From: Camelus dromedarius
Lineage: Eukaryota
Assembly (NCBI RefSeq): GCF_036321535.1
Contig: NC_087437.1
Span: forward strand, 108,130,001 to 108,194,000
Length of the DNA stretch: 64,000 nucleotides
Reading direction: 5' to 3'
The notes under the pieces are model-generated. The model worked only from the letters and a program-made list of their open reading frames with translations. It was not told where the DNA came from and did no database searches. Position numbers and translations under genes: made by a program. Positions 38,841-53,510 of the stretch are shown piece by piece (position 1 is the first letter of the stretch; each line of letters starts with the position of its first letter).

Positions 38841-39946
38841 ATAAAGACTAAGATCATCTGGATTGTGCAGTAGTCACTCATGGGTCTAGACATGGCCCCT
38901 GTTGGTCCAATGGCTTATCAATTAAAAGGACAAGTTGTCTACGAGCACATACCCAATAGAAGGAGAGAATGCCCATCATAAACTGAAAGAAGAAAAATGG
39001 GAGATCTACAGTAGTCATTGGTTGATAAAAATACTGAAATCTCACAGAGTAGTTATCATGAAAGCACTTTACTCTGGATTTGGGGTAGATTCTTCTTTCC
39101 TCTGGGGAGGCAATTCTTTAATCCATGTGCTCCTAGATTCCCAGTTTTGAGAAATTACTCCTTGTCCATGAATCTACTTGTCCACATTGGAAACGAGGAT
39201 TCTTTATGAGATACCTGCATCTTGATAATGGAAACTCAAGTCTTATTTTAGATGTTAAAGAGTCAGGTTTATTTGGCAAATATGTTCTGTCAAAATCTTA
39301 GTAGACTTCTGGTCTATTTACTTCTCGTCAGTTCCTTGTGCCAGAAACCGTACCCATAGTTCTTCCCTTTATGTAAATCTCAAGAATAATTAATTTCTTA
39401 TTATCATCTCCATGCTTATCTGTCAAGTGAATGGTGTTTACTTAAGATTATCTGGTACAATATGTAAAAGATAACATCTCTAAATTCTCTTTTTCTCATT
39501 TCCTTTACTCAGTTAAAAATTGTGTTAAACACCACAGCTTCAGTCTGTTCTTTTCTCCATGTGAATTTATCCAGTGATGACCATAACATGACAACATAAC
39601 AAAGTCCTTGTAAGCTCATCCTTATTGTTAGAAACTTAATGCTGTAAGAGATAAAAATCTCATGTCGTCCCCATTCTCTTACCTTAATGCCCATAAACCA
39701 CCAATTCTGAACTTACCTTTTTCTTGTAATAATTTATCAAATGCTTTAAGATGCATTCATTTTTTCCATCCATGTTTCCTCATTTTATAGACTTCCTTCA
39801 ACATAACTGTGTGTCTTGGTATTAATAGTATTTTCTTACTATATAATAGTGACCCCAGCTTTCTAGCCTCTAATACCAAAGTCTTCAGCACTTACACTTA
39901 CCTCTTCACTACTGCCACATATTTTTGTTTTTGTTTTATATTTTCT

Positions 39947-40335
39947 GTACTAGGCAGGACAGGATAGACTACATTGCAATGACAAATATGTTTCAACATC
40001 TCACTGGCTTATTGTAATAAAAGTTTATTTCTGGTTTATGTCATAGTCCAATATGCAGATCTGAATCTCTGAGTTTTACCAGTCTGTTTCCATTGTCTAG
40101 CTATGTCATTTGGTTCAAAGTGGCATCCAAATGGGATGGGAAAAGAGAATGAGAGTATTATATGAATAATTTTTTTTTTAGGGCCATGCTTGAAAACATC
40201 TTCAAAATCTGCTGCACACCATTGGTCAAAACTCAATCACATGACACCAATATATACACAAGGGAGCCTGGGAATTGTAGTCTTCCTGTTCCCAGGAAGA
40301 GGATGTAGGATTATGAATATATAATACTCTTTGCT
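39947..40335 (-). mobile_element. Old MaLR LTR (MLT1 J/K-like)
   Basis: 'catctcactggctt...aaagtttatttct', 'ccattggtcaaaactcaatcacatgac...gggaattgtagtc'. Confidence 0.65.
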
Positions 40336-42269
40336 GAGTGACTGCGAAGTATAATTAAAAGCTATCCTTATTTGATATTTAAGGGTTAAAATAAGAAACC
40401 CTGCTCCATGTAAATTTCCCCTAAGCTATCTACTGCTGTATTACATTAATTTATTTCCACTTTGAAACAACAAAAAGTTCTAAGAGAGAATTATTTTTTC
40501 CCTGAAAATATAAATACTCACTTGGTCCTGAGAAATCTAGAGGTGGAGAAAAATGCATTGGCAGAATTCATTTAACTGTCATCTCTGTCATTCCATGTAC
40601 AGTGTCTAAGCCACGTCTCCTCTTCCTCTCTCCTTCCATCTCTTAATGGTTAAAAATACAATGCTTCTGGTTTTAGGAATCACCATATGGGAAATTTCCA
40701 GTACTGTAAAAATCTTTTCCATGACATGGCACTTATGAAAAATTTTAATGTTTTATGATGCTCTTAAAAATGAACATGTGTGATAGTACATATCCACCTG
40801 CGTGCGCTTTATAAAATGTGGATATTGGTACCGAAAGAGAAAACTATCTTTTTCTGTGTGTGTATTCATTCATAATAGAGTATCCTTAATCCAAAGTATC
40901 AACATAATCTTCCTCTCTCGATTGCAACCATAGAGATGAAAATGACATTGATCTCCACCAAACAGGTATAATTTACTGAATAATTTACACCAGAAACTGC
41001 ATGAATTCCAATTCAACTGAATGCAGAGCAGTAGACTAACGAGGCCTTTAAGATATAAATAATTCAGTGAAAACAATTACACCACCAACATGACATCACA
41101 AGAAGGATACATATTTCTTCATCTCAGACATAAAGTAGAGATTCACTTAGAGGATAAGAGTTTATATTAAAGTGAAATGATATCGTCAAAAGGATAAAAT
41201 TAAACAGCTGTTTGGAGGATTTAGGTTAAATACTGCTGGTTAGTATCATTTTAACTCAATGTTTTAAAAAAATAAGAAACAAGACATTTTTTTCTGAATT
41301 AATTTGTTTTAGCTTTCTTTCTCCATTCTTCCATTCTTCATCTCATCTTAGAGATACATTTCTATTATTATAAATACACTTAACAACAGTTCTCTTCTAA
41401 CTTGTGGTAAATCTTCTTCATATAAATTCAAGCTTCTGAAAGTAACCCTCATGATACATTATGATTATTCAATAAATATTAATATTAAAAAAACTAGTCA
41501 TTTAGATTTCCTGGGAAATGTTTTTCCAAGGACCATTTTAAACACTGGAAGAGACTCTATATTATACTATCTTCTACAGGCAATTTCTCACTTTTAATTG
41601 GTGTGTGCGTGTGTGTGTTTCAGGAAGGAAACTGCCTAATGAGCATTTCTCATGCCCACCTGTGGCTGGACTCTTACGTGCTCCTGGGCCACAGAAACAA
41701 GCGCTAAACTGTAAAGAAGGGATTTAACTCCGAAGGTTATAGACTACAAGAATTAATGGTAAAGAGAGAAATCAATGAAGGCTTTTGATGAATCTAAATA
41801 AGTATTGATTATAAAAACAAGGTGAATAAAATTGATCTTAAAAATACACTTAATTGCTTTAATTGTCATGCTATTCAAGAATAGAATAGAGATTTTTAAA
41901 AAATTATCTTAGAGTTTGTAAATAATGTATGTACTTTTAAAGTAACCTCTGAAAGAATGGATAACAGCTGTTAACTTGCAGTCAGTAAAGAAAACATGTA
42001 TGCTAGGATAAAACTCAGTCCTACCAACAGATTTCCAGAAAGCTGGTGAGGTAGTACTTATGAAAAGCAGAGAAAATCAAGATAGAAAAGAAACACACAC
42101 ACACACACAAAAGGATGGCAAAGAGACAAAAATACATCCAGACAAAAATACATCCATAAACATGATAAAAGTAAACGAACTAAACACACTAGTGGGTGAA
42201 AAAAGGAAGTTGTACAATGTAGTGTATAATATGATATCCTTTGTAAAACTTTTGAATGCAATACAAACA

Positions 42270-42612
42270 CCCCAGGGTGTCTTGACATCATCACAGCACC
42301 GCAGTTTCTTCATTTGGTTGTTATGTTACCCCTTTAGTGGGTATCTGTTGACCTCTTCAAAGATGGCCAGCAAAAAAGAGGAAAGGAAAAATAGAATGAG
42401 AAGCTAGCTTTTAAAGGCATGTCACTTCAGTTTTACACATCATTGCTGTTTATAAGCCAACAGTCAGAATTTAGTCATATCATCCCAACATGCAAAAAGA
42501 GGCTGATATATATATAGTCTTAAGATGGTTGAACATGTGTCCTGGGGTTCTATTACTAACAGGAAACAGAGGAATCCGACAACTGCTGAATCGTAAGCAC
42601 ACTATTCTGTAG
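42270..42612 (-). mobile_element. Old MaLR LTR fragment
   Basis: 'caaagatggc', 'gtcagaatttagtcatat', 'ggggttctattact'. Confidence 0.55.
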
Positions 42613-44156
42613 AATCACTAATAATATGGTATTTCTAAAAGTGTGGGTGACTGACCACTGGTCGTTCAGAATATTTTCCTTTTCCTTTGAAGAAATACAG
42701 TTTTATGCTGCTAGGTCAGAAGATTTTAGCCAAACAGCAATTTAATAGGAAGATTTTTTTGCGTATAAAACACACACACACAGAGTTTTAGGTTCAATGA
42801 GAAAAAAAAAATAGCCCTTGAAATGCTTGGGAGATAGGCATGAATACTTCTATCAAGATACTTCATGAATTAAAAGAGAGCGATTATGTTATTCCGGAGC
42901 ACTAAACTTCACAAGGAAGAGTGGGACGAGGGAGGGCAAGTGGGCTAAGTTCTTTTAAGCAAATCTCCTTGGTTTCAATCAAAGAAATACTCTTGAGCAT
43001 AAACTGGCATCTGAAAGAAATCAAAGTAGAAAGACCAACTAATATCATTAGGAGGAATGATACTGAAAGTGTCAAGATTAGATTATTTTGGTTACATTAT
43101 TAAGTAGGTAAATTACCTTCCAAAAGTATCGCAGCTGGACAGTGTGTTACAGCTTGTTACATTAGTGCCATTGTTTAAAAACCTGTTTCTTGACCTTATG
43201 TGTATGTGGTTGTGAGAGTAGATACTCTGATTTCAGGCATCTAAATACAAGAAAAATTCTTATGTTTTGCTCCTCTAACATCTATTACTTACTTATAAGG
43301 AATAAAGTACAATTATAAATTCTTTTGCAGTCTTTGTTTCCATAACTTGATGGTAAGATAGGACTATCTTCTGAAAGCTATGGGTACCATACTAAAATGT
43401 TGGTAATATATTTTTAAATGTAATTATTAATAGACATGTTCTGTCTTCAAGAAAAATGTCAAAAGCAGAAAATCCACAAAAGACACCAGAAAGCACTGAA
43501 GTTTTTCAAAGCAGCCAAGTCCTGCAATTTCTTGTTAAAGTTTTGTGAGGTGAAGTTGGCCGAACACAGACATTTTCCAGAGATGGGGAGTTGGCAGATA
43601 TGATGTGCATTGGCATTTTACTAATGAAAAAATAAACTGGTTCAAGTGATTGGAAAGTATGCAGTATATTTGTGTATTATTATCTGTTAATGATGCGAGT
43701 GGTATAATTGGAAGCTACTAATAGATTTCACAACTTAAGGAATAAATGATTTTCTTCAGTCACATTGTTACTTTGTAGTGGCTGCTGAGTTTAGAAAGTG
43801 TTCTCCTATTTTAAAATATGAGCATTAGAAGAATACGGAATTCAAAGAATAAAGTGGAAAAGTCAATGGATGTTAAAAGACTCTAAACATTAAACCACAT
43901 GTAATTATAACACAACATTTCTTTCCAAGAATTCTGTGGAAGGAAATAAAAAGAAAAATTTATTTTTATTGCTTTAATCCAAAGGGTCACTTTAGGTACA
44001 AGTTAGTTTCTATGCATTTAGTCAACACTGAAGAGGCCTCTGCAGTCATTAAAATACAATTATGCAAAATTGTTATAATAGCTTTGGAAGATATGTATGT
44101 GAGAATACAGAAAAAAATTAAATATTTTTTTTTGTTTGTTTTTTTAAAGACATATT

Positions 44157-44273
44157 GGGAGGAAGGTATAACTCAAGTCGTAGAGTGCATGCTTAGCATA
44201 CACAAGGTCCTGGGTTCAATCCCCAGTACCTCCTCCAAAAATAAATAATAAACCTAATTATCAATCACCCAAA
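44157..44273 (+). mobile_element. tRNA(Ala)-like SINE, camelid Vic-1-like
   Basis: A box 'taactcaagtcgtag', B box 'ggttcaatccc', A-rich tail, TSD aaagacatat (44146-44155) / aaaggcatat (44274-44283). Confidence 0.88.
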
Positions 44274-45462
44274 AAAGGCATATAGTATGTTGGAAAATGG
44301 ATGACAACTTCAGGCACATTTAAAAATGTCCTGAAAATGCTAAGATATGTTTCTATTTTCCAATAGCAGCAGAACACATATAATAAATTTTCTTCTATTT
44401 AGGACAGTTTTAATGCCTATATATGTCATGTATATAATGATATATGTGTATATGCAGTATATAGATACACTATTCTTATTATTCAGGGACTATATATATA
44501 CACCCTGAAAAAATACGGTTGACATTGACATTTGGATTCCCATTTGCTTTCATTATTAGCTAAGCCTGAATATATAAACATTACCTTGTTTTTGGAAAGC
44601 ATCAATAATAAAGTCCACCCTTTTTTTTCCAGTGGATTAATACTGGCTCCATGAAACATGAGAATTATCCTTAAATAACATGCCTGTGAGTTTAAATAAA
44701 TTACAGGACAATGAGGCTTGGTTAACTATGACTTTCTTTTCTAGAAAACACAAATCTTCATGGAGGGTAAATGGCTTAGCATCACTCTACAAACAATACC
44801 CCAGTTTTAGGAGTAAAAAGATAAATACACATTTATTAAGCATGCACGTCATTCCAATCTTTTAGACAACGAGGGAGAAAACGTGATCGCGGATTTAACT
44901 GGCCAGCACTACAAATCCACAGGATTGAAAATGTATCATAACCAAGACAGTTACAAAGCTAGGATGTGTAGAAAATCCAGTGGGCTCAATGACTCTCCAA
45001 GCATTTTCAGAGACCTTATCACCTAAGCTTATTACACTGATATGAAAAATAAAAGAACAACACTTGGCCCTTCTTCCTGCAGCTCACACCAAGTCTGGAG
45101 GAGAGTGGTCTACCAGTTACCCCAGTCGGAAAAATGTCAAGTTTCTTTGTCTCAAAGTTAATTAGAACTAGAAAGATTAACTGACCTTATTTCCATTTCA
45201 GAATATTCTCTGAATTCAAAGTGCTCTAGATACATTGATTACTTCTGCTAAGAAGAAACGTAAAGAAAGATAAAGCACATGGAAAAGTCACAAACAAACT
45301 GGTTCTAGGCAATAAAATTAAAAAGGCTCGTTTTAGGGAGTGAATTTTTGGAAATTAAGGCTCTGTGGGAGCAGGCACATATAAGAATATTCTACTATAG
45401 TTTTTATGAATTCACCATGTTTCTGCCCTTTACCTCTGCTTAACACTTTGTAAGTTAATGTG

Positions 45463-45494
45463 AAAAGAAAAACAAAAAAACAAAAAAAAAAAAC

Positions 45495-45527
<33 letters not shown>

Positions 45528-45542
45528 GAAAAGGAAAGAAAC
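45463..45542. repeat. A-rich low-complexity tract
   Basis: Directly visible. Confidence 0.9.
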
Positions 45543-47188
45543 AGACCTGCCACAGCTTACCCTGGCATAGTTACTATTTCCATGAGTTTTGATTTCCCAA
45601 ATATGTAAAATCAATCCTAGTTTTCAAACTAATTTAACAGTGATGACTGGTTGTGTTTCTGTAGCTATTTAGTAAAGATATTGTGTTTCTTATATTTAAG
45701 TCTCATTTAAAATGAAACCCAAACTCTTAAATCTTTGACCTCATTTTTAGCAATAAGCACACACAAAAATCTTCGTGAAGCCAAAAATAATTCAGCAATT
45801 GTATTTCTGAGAAGCCATAGAAATATTAGTTTTGATGACAGAATTTGAGCTTTAATTTACCAAGTGGCTTTAGTGCTCAGGCAAAGATATGTACTTCCAA
45901 AAATTGTATTTAGGATTCTAAGATTAATTCCTTTATAACTACTGCTATAATAGGAATGTAATAAGAAATGGAAGAAGGTCAATGAACACGGCAACAACTA
46001 AATAAGCTCAATTTGGGTTGCAGAAAATGCTATTTACCTTTGGCTTCATCATGACAAATATTTTACTCAAGATTGAACTTTCAAAATTCTAATTGTTTAA
46101 ATAAAGGAAGAAATGGATTCTCACTGAATTCATGGTACCTATAAATATAAAACCTTAAAAATACCACTAGATTTAGATAATTCACATTCCACTAATTTAT
46201 TATTATTACTAAATTCATGAACAGATGTTAATAAAAGTTCTAATGAAAGCTAAAGGTTTTATACAAGAATATTTTATTCTTTTAAATGTACCTCTAGGGT
46301 AAAATATTGATAATAGAGAATTTCCTGTATATTGATGTGTAGTTTTGGTTATCAGGGCCATACATTTTAGATTCATTTCCAAAAGGAATTAGTGTCTGTA
46401 CAAACTGTGTTCAAATTGAGAAATCTACATTCCCAGAGAATATCTGATGGGAAAATGAAAAGGCAAACAAGATAAACACAATCATAAGAGCAATTCTAAG
46501 AGCCAAGGCAGTGATCCTTACTTAGCCAGGGAGTGTGATTCACCTAAAGGTGGGGGGTACCTTGGTGTGAGCAGCATGTTCCAAGATGTGACACTCAGCT
46601 TTAACCTTGTGAATAACTCTTCTTTGGAAGCTACAAGATCATACCACCTTGCTTTATCTTCTCTTGGATTTCTCCTTCTTTAGGGGTGACTCTTCCTCTA
46701 AGTGTCATTTGGATGTTGGACTTCTTTATTTCTTCCCTGAGCCCAACTTCACATTTCAGGTCTCTTCCATGGTATTCAGACCCATTTAGTCAGCTCCCTA
46801 CTAGACAATTCCACTTTCTGAAAACAAACAAACAAATAGTTCCAAATTGTAAAAATGAATAGGTTGTAGAGAAGCAGAATGATGGTGGGAGATGGAGTGA
46901 TGATTGTCCCTTTCAGAGGAGCACTGGATACAAAGCTGATAAGTTATTCATTTAGCCCATACTCGTAGGACAGTTAGAAGCAGAGAAAGGGGCATCAGCA
47001 AAGTCCCTGGAAGAGAGCACATGGTCCATCTGAGCCTAGTGAACAAACAGTAACTTAGAAGCAGAAAAGGTAGGTGGGGGCCAAGATCATGGAAGACTTG
47101 ATAAAACTTGAAAAGTCATTTGATTTTATTCTATCAGCTGTAGAAGGGCATTGAAGGGATTAAAGAATAAAGTGTGACATGCTAGGCT

Positions 47189-47325
47189 CATTCATTCATT
47201 CATTCATTCACTCAAAAGCTATGTGTTACATGCCTACTATGTTCCTGGCACTGTATGAAGTGCTGGGAATATGATAAGAAGGAAAAAAAAAACACACCAT
47301 TTTTACTCTCAAGAAACTTATTTGA
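47189..47325 (-). mobile_element. L2 3' end with (ATTC)n
   Basis: 'attcattcattcattcattcactcaa...tgcctactatgttcctggcactgt'. Confidence 0.8.
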
Positions 47326-48268
47326 TGAAGACTGGAATATGACTCAAACAGGAGCATGCAGACCCAAACTAACACTTGCTCGGCAGGAAAAAGATGTAAC
47401 TAACTCATTAATGAAAGAACCAGTAAATGGTAATGCTGGTTCAACAATCCTTTGAGGAACAGGAACTTAAATAGTTCATTAGCAAGGGCACATTGAGATA
47501 GACTTTTTTTTTTTTCCTTTCCTTTATTCTTTTTTTAAATGAGACATCAGTTTAATGTTCTATAGGGCAATAAACTTTAGAGTTTGGGAATGTTCACATT
47601 TCTGTACTGAGGATGTGGTAAACAGACATAGTGAATATTTTCTGTAGGTATCATTTATTGATGGTGAATTTGAAATGAACTTGGATTAACTTTGTAGTTA
47701 AAATATTTTATAGGAATGAAAACAAATATTTCAAATCCTTTGCAAAAAGGAATATGAAGTTACTAGATAAATGAGATAGTTGTTTTCCTTTTATGGTGCC
47801 TAAGAACTACTGAGCTTTTAAAAGGAAGCCTAAGAAACCAAGAAGAATCACCAGAACTGAAGGGTCTAAATATAAAAGCAATAATCCACCTGCCAACAGT
47901 GAATGAGAATATTATTCAAGGTGGAAATTTAGGGTGGGATTTTAAAGGCTGCTTTTTCTCTATGGGTTCTTGAATCATCATAGGAAAAGAGAAACACATG
48001 GCTTCAGTGCTGAGTATTCTGTGATATATTGGCCTCCACAACTAATACTGCATATTGATTTCGGGTAACAATAGCACAATACAGGGAAAAATAAAGCAAT
48101 TTTGTAGAGATCAGAATGGGTCTATTGCTAAGCACCTGTCATTATGGGTACAAATCTTGTACTTCTGGTGTATGGTCCTAAAATTCTTATAGAAAGAATC
48201 TTCCAGAAACTTAGCCCTTATTTAAATCCAGGTCATTTGGTGGCTGAGCCAGAATTATCCATAGATAT

Positions 48269-48274
48269 CACACA

Positions 48275-48314
<40 letters not shown>
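48269..48314. repeat. (CA)n microsatellite
   Basis: Directly visible. Confidence 0.97.
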
Positions 48315-48316
<2 letters not shown>

Positions 48317-49559
48317 TCCCTACCTTAAGTTATCCAATAAGAATATGTGGTTGACCCAACGTCTCATGGAAAATTATGAAAGAAAACAAGCCAATGTTCA
48401 ATATCATTTTGATGTGATAATTTATGATCACTCCAAAGATTCCATTATTCTCAAATTTCCATAGCCTTAGGAAATGCCAGGTCCTAACAACTTTCATACT
48501 AATCATTTAGTGAGTCCACATATAACATTTCTACCCATCCCTTGGAGGGAGGAAGGACTTTAATTTCCTATGGGCTGCTTCTCTGATACATGGAAGAGAA
48601 CAAAACCACTAAGCAGAAATTCCCTTAGCAAACTTGTTTCCCTTTTGGGCTCTAGAATGAGGCTGACCATTATTTTCTGTGTTACAAATGTTACATGCAT
48701 TGGACTCCCTTGTAGTCCAACCATACTCTACAAAAACAGACAGAAAACAAACAGATGAAAAAATACTATTGAAGGAATCAGCATAAATGACGAAATGTTA
48801 CTTTTATTTTAGAGTCATTTTCACTGTAATACTCCTAAACAGGATGGATTTGGAGTTGGTTTTGATTCAGAAAAATGCATGTCTGAAATGTTTATCTGAA
48901 ATGTAGCCAAGTTTCTGGAGATTTGGACGAGACAGATACTACAAGAACACACATTTATTGTTAAAAATGGATGATTGCCATCCTTTTCTAATAAAAAATT
49001 TAAATCTGGAAACTCTTGCTGCCATGTTCCGGATGCAGTAGCCATCAGAGCAGTTTGTGTGTGTACAGTTGTGAAACATGTGGCAGGCATGATGTTATTC
49101 TGATTGGATGCTGCTGTCTGCTGCTGTCACGTTTTTAAAGAAGATGATCTTACATGCACCATGTACAGTACAATGTTTGAATCTGAGCCAATTAAGAAAG
49201 CATCAAAATGCTTTCACTCCTTAAAAAAACTTCAAGTTCTTCTTGGCACACATGATAAAAGATGAAAGTTCACTTTCTTCAAAAAATAAACACTCCCCAT
49301 CTGAATAAACACAGACCTTTATGGCAGTATACATTGTGAAAATGGTTTTACTGAGAGGGAAACAAAGGATTAAGCTATTATTAGTTTAAATAGTTGCTAC
49401 TGGACATAACTTCTTTTTTAATCTCTACCAAGAGACCCAGACTCCAGTATTTGTTGTTCTCGGTGTTCTATAGTACTTGGAGCTTTTTCTTTTTGGTTAA
49501 ATCTTTTAAAGATTTCTTAGAGAGAATATAAAAATCACAAAAGAGAAAAGAAGACAATG

Positions 49560-50400
49560 ACAGAAAGATAAATTAGACTTAATCAAAACTGAAGATTTAT
49601 GCTCTCTGTAATATGCTGCTACAAAATAAAAAGATAAGTCATAGACTGAGATAAAATACCTTTACTATTTATCAAATATATTTGATAAAGCACTTATATT
49701 TATAATATTAAAAGTATCCTTAACATTCAATAATAATGTCTTTAAAAAAAAAGATGCAAATGAACTTACTTACAAAAGAGAAACAGACTCACAGACGTAG
49801 AAAACAAATTTAGGGTTACCAAAGGGGAAAAGGTGGGAGGGATAAATTAAGAGGTTGAAATTAGCAGATACAAAATACTGGATTCAGAATAGATAAGCAA
49901 CAAGGTCCTACTCTATAGCACAGGGAACTATTCAATATCTTGTGATAACCTATAACGAAAAAGACTATGAAAAAGAATATATATGTACAATCGAATCACT
50001 ATGCTGTACACCAGAAATTAACACAACATTGCAAATCAATTCTGTCAATAAAAATTTTTAAATAAAATTTAAAAATTCAGTGATAAGAAAACAAATGGAG
50101 TTTTAAAAAAATAGACAAGAGATTTTAAAAGACCATTCAAAAAAGATAATAAACAAACACATGAAATAAGCACATGAAAGTATGCTCAACATCCTTACTC
50201 ACTGGAGAAATACAAATCAAAACTTAAATGAGGTAACAATGAAACCCTATTAAGGTGACTAAAATTTAAAAGGTTGAAATGCCAAGTGTTAGTAAGGAAG
50301 GGAAACAACTGGATTTCTCATACTGCTGATGAGAAGGTAGATGAATACAGCCACTTAGGAAAGACAGTTTGGTAGCTTCTTATAAAGTTAAATATACAGG
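49560..50400 (+). mobile_element. Old L1M ORF2 fragment, interrupted by a younger L1
   Basis: 'aagcacatgaaagtatgctcaacatcc...ggagaaatacaaatcaaaac', 'gacagtttggtagcttcttataaagttaaa'. Confidence 0.75.
49737..50075 (+). mobile_element. Artiodactyl-type L1 3'UTR insertion
   Basis: 'aaatgaacttacttacaaaagagaaacagactcacagac...aaggtcctactctatagcacagggaacta'; degenerate TSD attcaataataa / attcagtgataa. Confidence 0.85.
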
Positions 50401-52689
50401 TAAACAAAACATCAAATCCAACCTGAGCTAATTTGAATCTCTGGGAGTTTTACATGAAAGCTGTGAGGATCTCAGTGGAAAGATGACCTTGTCTCGTAAT
50501 GAGACAGTAACAATTGCATCAGAATGACAAGATAAATCGGGATGATTGTTTGGCAATAAATATTACAGAGCTGCCATTTGCTTAGAAAATTACTTTATGT
50601 ATTTTTATAGAATTCTCTCAGTGTACGTTTGCCAAAGACTAATGGGATTTATTTTATTTATTGGAATAAACAAAAGTAGCTCTCTTCCAAAATCTATAAC
50701 TAACTTGTTTATGATTTTTGCTAAACTGCTTAATTCTTTGACCATGATTCTAAGATTCTAACATCTTTCTTATCTCTCTCATAGAGTAGTTGAAAAGATA
50801 AAACAACATAATCGATATGTAAGTGCTTTGGAAATTGTAAAACACTGATTGGATATAACCTACTATACTTATACAACTATTGATTTTATAAATGTCATTT
50901 ATATTATTATTATGAATATTAAAATGTCTAAAATGATTAAACTTGATTTTTGCCATTTGCTGTAATCAATTATAGGTAATAAAAATCATAATGACTCAAT
51001 AGTCCAATATGTAGAAATAACAGAGGAATAGATACTACTCATATTATTATCAAAATGTTTGCTTTGACTTTATTTCAGTCACCCTAAAAATAAGTCTATG
51101 TAGGGTAAAATTGCAAAATTATTGAAAATTTGCTTCATTTAAGATGTTAAAAACTTTTTTCTTAAACCCTGGAATTTTTATTATATAAATACTTCTCTTG
51201 ATCACAAGAGGTAATAATCATGATACTGATTTCAAGTTTTGTAATATATACCATATGAAAAAACAGGATGTGTCAAAACTAAAATTCTACTCAAGAGATG
51301 ATTGTTGGATGATTCTTTTCTGAAATCGTGCTTCAATATTTATCCACGAGCTTCAGAGGAAAAATTGGCACATGCATTAAAATCAGGGGGAGAGGGTCAC
51401 CTAATTTTAGATGTGCTGAATGAGACTTTGTAGTTTGCCCATTGTATTAAATCATAATTAATAAAAATGACAAGAGGTCTGCTTTCATGTTTTAGGAAGT
51501 CCAAAGACCCACAAGTGTTGCAATAACAAAACTGGTTATTTTTAACAAAACATGAAAATGGGTCTCAAATTATAACAATGAATTATAAGTCAAGTGTTCA
51601 ATTTACACTCAAACGGAAACTCTTCAGTTACCACTGGAAACTGATTTTTATAAATTTTCCAACTGAAGAGTTTTGAAAAACCTAGGGTACATTTACCATC
51701 TGCCTATAAATTCAACACTGACATGTTAATATTTAAGGTAATGGATATGTATAGCATAAAAATCTCCAACTCTAAACACGTGTTATGTCTCTAAGTATCT
51801 CTTTAAATTGCCATTTCTTCTCATTCAGCTGTGTACTCCAAAGACAGGAATAGTGTTCTGTTCATCTTTGTATCATTTCCCTAGAAAAAATCAATAATTT
51901 TCATATTCCCAAGTGCAAAATATTGAGTCTACACCATTCTGAGCTTGAAGGTTCATCTCTGAACACTTGACATATATTATCTAATTTTATCCTCATATGA
52001 ACACTAAAAAATATTTATTCTGTTAATTCAATTTATGATGTCAGGCAATCATCACACTATATATGTGCTCCAAGTTAAATTTTAACAATAGACAATAGAT
52101 GTAACATCTATGTTTTAAAAATCAGTACAAGGGACACTGTGAACAATATTGTTAAATGATTCAGAGAATCAATTTGAGAAATTATTGCAGAAAGTAGAGG
52201 AAAAACATGATAAAGATCAAATGATAAAAGATTATCCCAAAGGTAAGGGGACAGAGGTTGATTTTGAGAAATATAAGTGATCCTGATTTAGAAACAAAAA
52301 CAGGAAAAAGAACACCTAATTTGAAATAATTGAAGGAATAAAATTTATGAATTAAAAACTGCAAGTTGATATACAAATATATATATATCAATCATACCAG
52401 TGATAATACAGCTCAATTTAAAGGATTTGCTGTATTCTATGCAAATACATACAAAATATACCCTTTCTGAAAATAATTCTTTGGTAAAAATAAAAGATAA
52501 ATGCAAAAAAGAATCTTATGAAACTCTAGAGAGGAAATATAAATTTTGTCCAAAGAAACAATATTCTTATTGGTATCAGCCATCTCCCTTCCAAAATTAC
52601 ATTTGAGAAGATATGTAAAAACTATTACAGGATTTTGAAAAGAAATAGTTTTATACATGACTCTGCTAGAAAAATTCTATGTATTCACT

Positions 52690-53510
52690 GAACAGTTCCC
52701 TCTTTCTGTGTGCCAGCTATGTTTCCCAGACTCTCTTCACTTAGATTGGGGCCATATGACTGAATTCTGGCCAGTAAGGGGGAGGTCAGGGCAGGGAGGG
52801 GCGTGGTGGAAGAAACTTACATAAGGCAGTTCTGGCTGTTACAAGCTTCCTGCGTGACTGGACAGTCCTAGCCTGCTCTCTGCAGCAAATTAGGAATCTG
52901 TTCATAAGACTGAGTTACTGATGGACAGAGACTCAGAATGCCTCAATCACTGCTAGGAGGAAAACAAACAGAGCTGCAATTGTGTTGGGACGTCAATAAG
53001 AGTAAACCTGCTGTTTAGTTTCCTACTGTTACTGTAGCAAATGGTCATAAATTTAGTGGTTAAAAAAAAAAACCCACAAGTTATCCAACAGTTCTAGAGG
53101 TCAGAAGTCAAAACGGTTCTCGCAGGACTGAAGTCAAGATGGCCCAACTGCTTTCTTTCTGATGACTTTAGGGAACAATCCATTCTTATGCCTTTCATCT
53201 TCTAAAGGCTGCCTACATGCGTAACTCACAGCCACATCACTCCAACCTCTGCTTCTATCCTCACATCTCCTAGACTCTGACCCTCCTGTCTTCTTCTTAT
53301 AAGGACTGTCATAGTTATATTGGACCTATTCATATATTCCAGGATAGTCATCCCATATCAAGAGACAATCACATCTGCAAATTCCCTTTTGCCATGGTAA
53401 CATATGGAAGACTGGGACACAGAAATCTTGGGGGACCACGATTCTGCCTACCAAACTTGGATTTGTAAACTTCAAAGATTGAGGGGCATGTTTACTACTG
53501 GAGTATAACA
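52690..53510 (+). mobile_element. Old MaLR LTR interrupted by a younger MLT1
   Basis: 'tttcccagactctcttcacttagattggggccatatgactgaattctggccagt'; tail resumes at ~53455. Confidence 0.65.
53009..53453 (-). mobile_element. MaLR solo LTR (MLT1C/D-like)
   Basis: 'cagttctagaggtcagaagtc', 'atcacatctgcaaattccctttt', 'ttctgcctacca'. Confidence 0.85.

Noticed and set aside
44157..44235. tRNA-Ala gene
   Set aside because: Degenerate stems, an A-rich tail and a TSD indicate a SINE copy
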